A stretch of 59,536 nucleotides of DNA, the filler included, from Asterionella formosa (lineage: Eukaryota): the NCBI GenBank assembly GCA_002256025.1. It is 6 parts of 6 records of this genome, joined end to end, with 100 filler letters (N's around TTAATTAATTAA, not from the genome) between each part and the next. Parts side by side here need not be neighbours in the genome. Positions count along the whole stretch, not along the records: positions 9,963 to 19,817 come from NKIB01010146.1; positions 19,918 to 29,752 come from NKIB01010164.1; 4 more parts are not named here. One strand, written 5' to 3'. The notes under the pieces were generated by a model. It searched no databases. It saw only the letters and a list, made by a program, of their open reading frames with translations, and was not told where the DNA came from. The first letter of the stretch is position 1. Each line of letters begins with the position of its first letter. Below are positions 12,263-21,469 of the stretch, one piece after another. Both the position numbers and the translations under genes were made by a program.

Positions 12263-13308
12263 GGCCGAAATCTAAAAGCGATGACGATCGATTTATTGTG
12301 GAGGTTGATTGATATGTAACGATATGCATATGTATATGCATACCTATTTTGGCAAGAGCAAGCCATTTTGAATATGAGCAATTAAGTCTTGAAATATTCC
12401 GGGAAATTCTATATAGTCATTCATGTCTAAACATCTTTTTATATAATGCACTGTTATTTATAGCTGTACAAAATTTGTGTTTGTCTTGACCAAATTTGGT
12501 AATCCTGGTAGGTTTGGTCAACACAAACACAAATTTTGGGGTTATGGGTACAAGGATTTGTGTTATAATACACATGATATAATAATTTTTTATTATCAGA
12601 GCGCGCCCATTGTCAACTGAATATGATTACTTATTGTCAAAGTAAGCCATATCATTTTGACGGGATTAATGAAAGTGTGAGAAGTCCTGTTCAGAATTAC
12701 ATGAGTTATCAGGCAAAAACAAGACTAGATAGACTATTAACAGATTGTTCATAATTTTACAAAGTGTAAAGTGAAAATACGTTTTCAGCTTTAGTTTTCT
12801 CAAAAGTAAGATCTGTGCTATTTCAACTAGACAATTCAACACTAGGCAACATCCTTGTATCCGGAATCATTCCTTCGAAATCAATCTCTGTTGAAATATC
12901 CTCAGTTACATTGATATTCAGTGTAATCATCTACTTCTGTTTGTTTTCTAAATGTAATGAATCACTTGCAAACACGATTTTTCGTGCCGACGAAAACTGC
13001 CTTGTTACATACTATTAACTTGTTAAATAAAATCAGTCTTTAATCGATGTAATTGTCCATTGACACGCTTACTGGGTCGTTTCAATTAGTCTTTCAAAAA
13101 GGACTCCAAATATCCACCAAAGAAATTAAGAGGCGATCCAAAGAACTTCCTAATCATATGAAGATAATGTTTCATTCCATGAAATTTCGCCATTCGTAAG
13201 CCAATTTGAGATATCATTTTACCCCAAAAATACATTTCTGGTTCTGGTACAAGAGTTTGGTCTTGATTTTTGCTAGTGTGACTAGAAATTTTGGTAACTG
13301 ATGCGTGT

Positions 13309-13690
13309 ATCCTGCCATAAGCTGAAATGGTTCGAAATAATGGAGTGTGCGTGAGATGACCATGTTTGAATTGTTTTCAAACTTTACATTCACATCCAAT
13401 ATCAGGATTATCTGCATCTTTAGTTGAAAGCACGCAATCAACAAACATATTGTCGATATAATCCATTACCACACACTCCTGAAAACAAAAATTCATGCTA
13501 TGCTCTTCTGAATCACCAGTGATCATACCGGAATCAATGCTTCTATGAGTCGTATTGGTTCGAAAAAATGGAGTGTACGTGGGATGACCATGTTTGAATT
13601 GTTATCATATCGGAATCATGTAACAATCCTGCCATGAGCTGTACTGGTTCGAAATAATGGAGTGTTTGTGGTATGATCATGTTTGAATTT
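13309..13690. repeat. Imperfect direct repeat, about 50-70 bp x 3, in a decayed region
   Basis: TGGTTCGAAATAATGGAGTGT...GATGACCATGTTTGAATT near 13328, 13557 and 13645. Confidence 0.75.
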
Positions 13691-15961
13691 TTATCAATCT
13701 GTATTTGTTTGGTCAACACTTGACCACCAGCTAATGTTGGTGGAAATGAATGATTCATGCGTTTCTTCAAAGTCTGGTATGATGGAGCTTGATACCTTCA
13801 ATCAAAATATTTCATTGCTTTGGCCTTAAACAGCCATTTCATTAGATGATCAAAGTAATCAGGTAGAAGGTAATACTAGTTAAGGAATAACATGCATGAG
13901 TTCTAATTCGATTGAATGCGCGCATGTTTAGGGAATGTCTACTTGGAAGTTGAAATTGAGGAGCAAGGGACATGTCCACTACATTTTCAGGGAGAAACCC
14001 GGTGTGATGTTGAAAATCTGAAAATTTCATGGTCTCTGAATTCAATCCTTGGAGTGTTTTTAGTTCCAATTATTTTTCTGATTGTGACAAAATATTGTTA
14101 GAAACTGAATCATTGCTGTCTCATGAAATGGATGAGTATGGCCACTTGATTCAAGGATAGGACACGTAATCATCTCTTCTTGTTGTCTACTCTCCCTAAA
14201 TGCTGCAGCAAATACTACGATATTGAGACCATTTGAAACTGAACTTTCTTCCCTCACACTTTTTTTGATAAGTGGTTCCCCACCAATGTCCTCAAAATCA
14301 GTAGAATGACAAACATCTTTGCTTCTCTGAAATTTCATGCGTATCTGGATTGAAACCCAAATATTTTTGTTGCAATCGGAATTTTCCTTTCAGCACCAAG
14401 AAGCAAAAGGCTTCTGTACTGGCATTGATCAGCGAACCAACAAAACGTGTTTGCAATTCACACTGTGCCCGAAGACTTAGTTGAAATTTGGCTTGGTCAC
14501 ACCAGATTATCTCCTGATAAAAATGGTTCTCCACGGCTTGTCCTGCCTATAAAATACACTGGAGCAAGAACATCACGCCAGACTTGGTATCCTTGGCTTC
14601 CCCTGTCTGTCAATGTCCTTTGACCGCGCAAAACGATAAAGCGTCAACGCCCACCTAATAAAGTCATCAATAGCTATCCAAAGTCTGGAAGTTATATTCT
14701 GTTAGACCAGCTGGTGTGTCATGAATTATGTTAGCTTTTTTAATTCAAACATATTTGGTAAGAATATAATCACCAAATCAAAACATCATGCTTTCAGAGC
14801 ATCTCCTGCCCTGCAAGAACTTACCTAAGATTCCTTTAAATTGATTATTCAATACATTCTGACATTCACTCGCTCAACTTTTTAATGCACATGCCACCAA
14901 ATTTTGTTTTAATATAATCTAAACATGCCTTGTTGGTACATTCAATGGGCGATCTGATTCATCGAAAGTAGTACATCAGGACCATTCCATATGAAATCGG
15001 CAAGCTCTGGGTCACTCTCCAATTCTTTGCCTAACTCATGTTTCACTGTGTATAGTCGAGTTAGGCAGGTCAAAATTGAGCAAACCAATCCTGTTTGTGA
15101 TTGGAAATGCCTTTCATACTACTTGGACCAGATAGGGCGGGCGGGATGTTTGATTCTCTTTTGAAACCAGAAAAAAGCACATTAGATTGATATTCTGTTT
15201 TACAGTACCTGCAATTCGCGAACTATAACCATAAAACTCACAACCTTTGTGACAATTGATTGCTCGGTTCAATTTTAGCTAATGAAGAAGAAACGTCATT
15301 ATCGCTTTCAGTATCAATGAGGGGTTACCCTAACTTCTCATACCTGTATGCGTATACTAAAGTTGATGGTTCCTCAATAGCGAAAACGTGAAAATATCCA
15401 ATTTTTGCAATTTCGCGTCGACAGCAACCTTTGGGCGATAATACCTAATTAACAATGTACGCAATGCAGCAATACAAGAACGTAAGTATTTACTTGCTAT
15501 ATAAATCTGAACAACTCGTTCCTCACAATTTATAGCGTATCTTGCAAAGTAAGTTCAAACAGTGCGTTTACTCCGCACGTTTAGCGGTAGCTTTCAGCAG
15601 GTCAAAAGTCGCTGTGGCAGTAGCTTACATTATTTAAGTGGTATCAGTAAAAAGCAGCCATGACCCATTGAATTAGGGTTTTATTCAATAGAAGTCAATG
15701 TACAACTAAATCTTTTGATTGTTCACAGCCCTTCATCTTGTACTTGTATACCGGAAAAGCTCCTCTGATTTGAGATGAATTCTTCGAAGAAGAAGAATCG
15801 CAATGATGATTGTAGTGATGAAGAGCTTGCAGTGAGTGAATTCTCATACGTTTCTACATCTTCATCCAATGATCATGGAAATGCCACTGTCAGTATTGGT
15901 GATGCACAGAGAATGAGAGAATCCTTTCGCACTCATTTCAACACTGTAGCTTTTGGTTTTT

Positions 15962-16270
15962 CAATGAAAACGAGGGATAAGGCAAAACTTCAGTCAATGT
16001 GGAAACCGGAACAGCAACAGCAACAAAGAATGAAAAGGCGTGCACAGGTATAACTCCAGTCAATCATGTGGAAACCGGAACAACTGGAGCAACAAGGAAT
16101 GAAAACGCGGGATCAGGCACAACTCGAGTCAATGCGAAAACCGGAACAGCATCAATCATGTGGAAACCGGAACAACTGGAGCAACAAGGAATGAAAACAC
16201 GGGATCAGGCACAACTCGAGTCAATGCGAAAACCGGAACAACAGCTGCAACAAGGAATGAAAAGGCAACG
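15962..16270 (+). repeat. Tandem coding-like repeat (unit up to about 93 bp)
   Basis: ATCATGTGGAAACCGGAACAACTGGAGCAACAAGGAATGAAAAC...CTCGAGTCAATGCGAAAACCGGAACA is duplicated at about 16063 and 16156, with a partial copy upstream. Confidence 0.85.
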
Positions 16271-16621
16271 ATAGCAGAAAAAACTACAAAAGCGGAAGCC
16301 GGAACAAGGACTGCAACATGGGCTGCAAAGAGAATCGAAAATGCTAAATCAAGAACAAAGAAAAAGACTGCAAGAATTTCAGCAAGAACAAAGGAAAAGA
16401 ACACACCAGGAACAGGATAAGCAGGGTCATGTGTCATGAATGATGAGAAATACAATGAAATTGCGTATAACACAACAGGAACAGCAAGGAAAAACTTGAT
16501 CATGTGACATGACTGATGAGAAATACAATGAAGTTGTGTATATGATTGAAAACTGGGATAATCTTTCAGAGATACGGCAACAACATCAAATTCGTTATTC
16601 ACTTGTAAATAGTATACAGTG

Positions 16622-16919
16622 AAATCAAAGAAATATGTGGAAGGCAATCTAATAAAAAGCTTATTTGTTATCAAGAGAGACAGCATAAAAGAAGGAGATA
16701 ATGTGGGGAGAAAGCTTCTTCAACGCAAGGAAATGTTTGATGCCATATATGATGCTCACTACAGTCTTGGTCACTTGAAATCATCTGTTACATAGAGAGA
16801 GGCTTATTGTCATGTTTACAATATCACAAAACAGCATCTGAATGCATTTATCAGTGTGTGTCCTGTGAGTATTCATGCGCATCCTCAAATTCCGAAATCT
16901 AAGGGAGCCCAATGTCCTT
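16622..16919 (+). pseudogene. Ginger/KRBA2-type integrase zinc-binding (HHCC) fragment
   Basis: EMFDAIYDAHYSLGHLKSSVT*REAYCHVYNITKQHLNAFISVCPVS...KSKGAQCP. One internal stop, the second Cys is lost, and the frame ends before the DDE core. Confidence 0.6.
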
Positions 16920-16984
16920 CATCTGCAAATAAAAACTATCATATTTCCATGATGCATCATAGGATTGTGATCATCTGATCATAA
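16920..16984. repeat. Dispersed repeat with an internal palindrome; second copy inverted at 40141-40204
   Basis: CATCTGCAAATAAAAACTATCATATTTCCATGATGCATCATAGGATTGTGATCATCTGAT matches the reverse complement of 40141-40204. Confidence 0.75.
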
Positions 16985-18320
16985 TTTCTTGTTGTATCAT
17001 CTAATAATTTTGATAAATGCCTACATATTTTTAATTATTATATGTATTGTTTCTATTTGATTCCTGTATTCGAATTTCTTGGTAGGATAATGTACCAGTT
17101 CAAGTAATGTAATTTGGCTTGTCATCTCCATCCGTCCTCACTCTGATTTTTGCAACACCAATGAAATACTAGCGATGACAAGTGGAATGATTGTTTGCGA
17201 TAACGACGTCTTCATTTGTTGGTCATGTGATCATTACATCTTTGAGTAATCGTCATGTGCAGTGAACCTTTGTTCATAATCATTCAATTAAGAGTTTACA
17301 GAGAAGAAATCATTCGAACTCGGAATGGTTCCGCACACAGCGCACATTGTGAATCCGTTTTTTCGACCACCAGCATTACAATCTTGCCAATCAACCCGTA
17401 AACAAACACATTCTACTTGTTCTCGTTGACATTTTCAATTCTCACATGATACTACATCTACTATTGAGATTCAGCATAGAAGGAGATACGAAAATGTAAC
17501 AGACTGCTGTCCACATAGTAGTTATAGTTATAGAATGATTCTGTTTACAATTTCTTTTTCATGACGCTCGTTTCTGCATTTGGCATGCTGTACTTGTATT
17601 TACTATTGAACTTGTCCGCATCTTTGATACCATCATGAGAGCGAAAGCAAGTGGCTCTCTTTATTGTTGTTTGCTCGAAGGAAATATTTGATATCTGTAT
17701 CGTCATTTGCTTGTTGGAACTGTCTGTTGCCTCAAACCTGCTTGGTGTGTGCGTACACAGCACACTGCCGACTTGTTTTCATTGGTATGTTGTTCTTGTA
17801 TTCACTGTTGAACTTGCTTGTCCGCATCTTTGTTACCATCAATTGAATAACAAGTGGCCTGGCTCTCTTCATTGTTGTTTGCTCCTGGAAAAGTCGTTGT
17901 CCATGTCATCCTCATCATTAAAAGGACAAGTGTCCTTCATCATTGCGGTTTGCCGCTGGAAAAATTGGTACCTGTTGTGGTATCGTCATTCGCTCGTTGG
18001 AACCACTGTCCATTGCCTCAAACCTGATTAGCGTGTGTGTTTGTGAACTGTCGACTTGTTTACATTACCGGTAAAGGAGTGACTTAGCTTCTAAAGTGCG
18101 TGTTATAATTTCATACTCCGTAGTACAATGCAGAATACTGCAGTTCCAAATCATCTCATCATGATTGATAAGATGATAATGTGATATCACGATCGGTGTA
18201 CATCGATGCATACATCATCAAAGTATGATACGTGATATTGAATAAAGTATATCACATATCTATGATGCATTGATCATAGAACGGTGATGATTTCTTAAAC
18301 TGTCTATGATATAATTGCAG

Positions 18321-18555
18321 TGAAAGAGGGGACGAGAGAGATCGACAAGGTCGATGAACGAGGAGACGATAGAGGAGGGGAGTCCGATAACTAACCTGAC
18401 AAGCTCAAAAGGAGATTGGAAGGTGTGTTTGTTAAAAGAGTGATTAGATTAAGTTGATATAGAAGAACGACGATTTTAATAAGATGCATAGGTACTGTCA
18501 GACAAACAGACACAGACATATACTGACACGTCATGTAAAGAGGTGATTCACAACA
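18321..18555 (-). mobile_element. Probable 3' LTR of a Copia element
   Basis: On the minus strand the polypurine tract GAGATGGGGGGGA is followed directly by TGTTG at 18555. The probable end is ...TTTCA at 18321. Confidence 0.6.
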
Positions 18556-18606
18556 TCCCCCCCATCTCATAACAAAATGAGACAAAAGGAGTAGAATCAA
18601 TGATTG

Positions 18607-19817
18607 TCAAAGAACTGATTTGTCAGGCCGTGCAAGCGTGGCGACCGCACGATGACCGGCATCGATAAATTGATATCCCATCATAGTCATGCAATGTGCA
18701 CGTAGAGTAGAATACGGGAGTGCCTTGGTAAAATGGTCGGCTAAATTATGAGCAGACGAGACCCGGGTAAAATGGACTCTGCCATGACGGACATTTTCTT
18801 CCAAAGCCTGCGTTTTTGTAGCAATATGACGGACATTGCGTGTTAATTTACCCGCATGCGCAATGATTTGTGCAGCAGAATTGTCTTCTCCAATGGAGAT
18901 AGTATCATGATAAGGAATTGACACATCCTCCATGTAAATGCGTAGCCACAAAACATGTTTAGATAAGGTGGTGGCTGCATCAAGTTCTGCTTCAGTAGTA
19001 TTGTATGCTGTTGTACTTTGTTTGCGGCACAATGTATTTACTGAAGTATCATTAATCATAATGACACCACCAGAATATGCTAACAGGTCAAATATGGCAC
19101 CTCCAAAGTTAGCATCCGCATAGCCTTTGGTGGTAGGTGCTATTCCAAGAAGAGGTTTGCTGATATTAGAAAAAAGTTTCTGTTCTTGAAGCGTGGATGA
19201 TAATGAGGTAGATACTGATGAAGTGGAGATCAGACTAGTCATAATACGGGGCATATGCCAGAAAGTTTGATCTTTGTCAAATTGGTCGTCAGCTTCAACG
19301 CTGATGACAGTAGGTTCACCCAGCCACGGAGCAGCTTGACTGATATGTTTGAGAACCAAAACAGCTGGAAGCAGAGTTGCATCATGGGGTGGAAGGCCTG
19401 GAGCGCCAAAGGTCCCAATGCTATGACAGTTATCTAGATGATGAAAGAGAGCCGCAGTCCATTCTCCTCGAAATGGTCCTTTCATTGCTTCATGAAATGA
19501 TCGTGGACAGAGTGTATTGGGATGAGAAGTGATGGAAGAGACAGTAAATCCTGACCGAAGCATACTGATATCCCCTGCACCAAAGGAAAATGTATCTTTC
19601 CAGTCATGGTTCGTGCGTGGTTTCTTCACTGACAGTAGAGTGAGGTTGGTGAGCATACCAGGAACGAATCGTGGATCATGAGGATCACTTAAGAAAGACG
19701 CCCATGTGTAGCAAGGACATATCCATCAAGTATCTCCTCAGCATCATTGATAGTGCGTACGTCATTTCCGTTAATCTGTAACAGCACTCTACCCTTTAAT
19801 ATTTGTATAGGGCCTTT
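18607..19817 (-). mobile_element. Ty1/Copia pol remnant (start of RT joined to RNase H by an internal deletion)
   Basis: PRSFHEAMKGP...W and AVLVLK (RT N-terminus), then GYADANF, KQSTTAYNTTEAE, IGEDNSAA, RHIATK and NLADHFTKAL (Copia RNase H). No YVDD core is present. Confidence 0.9.
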
Positions 19818-19917
19818 NNNNNNNNNNNNNNNNNNNNNNNNNNNNNNNNNNNNNNNNNNNNTTAATTAATTAANNNNNNNNNNNNNNNNNNNNNNNNNNN
19901 NNNNNNNNNNNNNNNNN
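19818..19917. other. Artificial contig linker
   Basis: N44-TTAATTAATTAA-N44. Confidence 0.98.
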
Positions 19918-20269
19918 CTAATGACTGCAACTTGCAGGTAAACGGTACTTACTGAACATAAGAGTACGAGTACAAGTAAACATGTTACAACGTGATGTCC
20001 GACTTATGGGACCAGATAGGCAGCATCAGGGGACCAGGTACGTAGTATATGATTTATACCGGTATGCCATTCGAAGTTAGTACCTGGTACGGTATCCATT
20101 TTAGCATCACAATATAGTAATTGGCCATCTTTTTTCCAGTATTGAGGCTTATGTATTCGTTAGAAGCAATCTATCAAACCTATTCATAATATCATTGTAT
20201 GTGTGAACGAGCGATTGAACCCATCAAGAGAGGATTACAAGGAATTGTTTGTAACAATACCTATAGGGA

Positions 20270-20824
20270 CTAGACGGATCGAAGGATGTGACCACGGATT
20301 TCCCCTTGAAAGCAGGCAGATGTCCGGATAACGACAAAGAGTTGTTTGGAAGCAAGCAGTGCTTGTTGGGCCGTAGTTAGGGTCCAGCATGCCTGCTTTG
20401 CTGTGGGAACACCAGAAGTTGGAAAGGAGAAGGAAGATGGACCTACAGTCGAGGTAACTGATCCGATATATATCTTAGTGGGTAGGATTTCAGGACCAGA
20501 AAGACCAGTATAGCCAAGCCTTCCACATAGCTGAAACGTCACTGTGTCATACGTGAAAATGGCATTACCGAGGGGAGTAAAAGTGCCGGCACCTGCGGTG
20601 CAAAACGGGACAGTCTCAGCGCGATTGAGAACAGCAAAGTAGTAATCGGTCGATGTAGGAGCGAGGCGACGACCTTCGCCTTCAGCAGCTAGCAGAAGAT
20701 GATTGTCTTCATGTTCTTGGTCTTCATCACGAATAATTGCGTCAGCTGCTGGCGCAAAAACAAGGAGAGAGAAGACAAAATGGACCACCATGATTGTGAC
20801 GGCGTGAATGATAGAGACCTTCAT
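20270..20824 (-). CDS. Secreted CHRD-domain protein
   Basis: Signal peptide and an acidic pro-segment ending RRL, then G.A.FTYD...YTGLSG...TLT.AQ...LFV.IRT...GEIRGHI (CHRD pattern). Confidence 0.8.
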   Translation of the reverse strand: MKVSIIHAVTIMVVHFVFSLLVFAPAADAIIRDEDQEHEDNHLLLAAEGEGRRLAPTSTDYYFAVLNRAETVPFCTAGAGTFTPLGNAIFTYDTVTFQLCGRLGYTGLSGPEILPTKIYIGSVTSTVGPSSFSFPTSGVPTAKQACWTLTTAQQALLASKQLFVVIRTSACFQGEIRGHILRSV

Positions 20825-21469
20825 GATTCCGGAAGTCAGTGCAAGTGAGCAGTTGATTTAAAATATAGCACAATCAAAGAACAAATACAAATACAAATAC
20901 AAATACAAATGAATCAATAAGATATGATTGCAAGCTGCCTGCCAGGATCTTTTCGCTCCTTCAATATAAAGAACGTTTGAAATAGGATTTTTCAGCAGGT
21001 TCAAGCAGCTGCCACATGTTCTAAAATCTTTTCATCATCCGTTTCACTAATACATACCAGCTATAGGGTACGTTTAGCGTAGGGCATATTTATTATGAGC
21101 GACATGAAGATTCATCGGAGCGATCTGCAATAGCGTTCGTTACCTTGGATTCAGATTCATACAACAGTTTCAGAATGGCTCATTTGAGTACATATCTGTT
21201 CCTTCATGTCATTCCTAGAAAGTGTCGTCGAGCTCGTGTGGTATACCGGTATACAGTGAGGCTTTTAAAAATATAGGAGCATCATTGTGGCACCCCATTG
21301 AAACAGCTGACAAATTTCTTGATCGACCGGTATAGCCGACCGGTATACCAACCATGACAACGAGAACGAGAACAATAATAACGAGAACGAAAAAAACAAA
21401 AATAAGAAGGACTCTACAAATTCGAAATGGAGGGGAGGTGGCCTTTGCACAAATGCCTTTTTATATGCC

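Larger units (their letters stand above)
9963..12608. mobile_element. Degenerate two-ORF PIF/Harbinger element (left end lost at the contig edge)
   Basis: Convergent transposase and DNA-binding ORFs, a subterminal hairpin at 12469-12538, and a candidate right terminus ...AGAGCGCGCCC (GGGC start on the minus strand). The right boundary is tentative. Confidence 0.6.

Noticed and set aside
12700..15300. Possible decayed minus-strand gene or transposon
   Set aside because: Composition looks coding, but there are many stops and I cannot assign a family.
17595..18065. Imperfect duplication of about 200 bp with short Cys/Leu-rich ORFs
   Set aside because: The ORFs look like by-products of a decayed repeat and have no domain support.
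16920..18322. CACTA/CACTG element bounded by CATCTGCAA...TTGCAGTG
   Set aside because: The terminal match is weak, and the right end overlaps the more convincing Copia LTR terminus.
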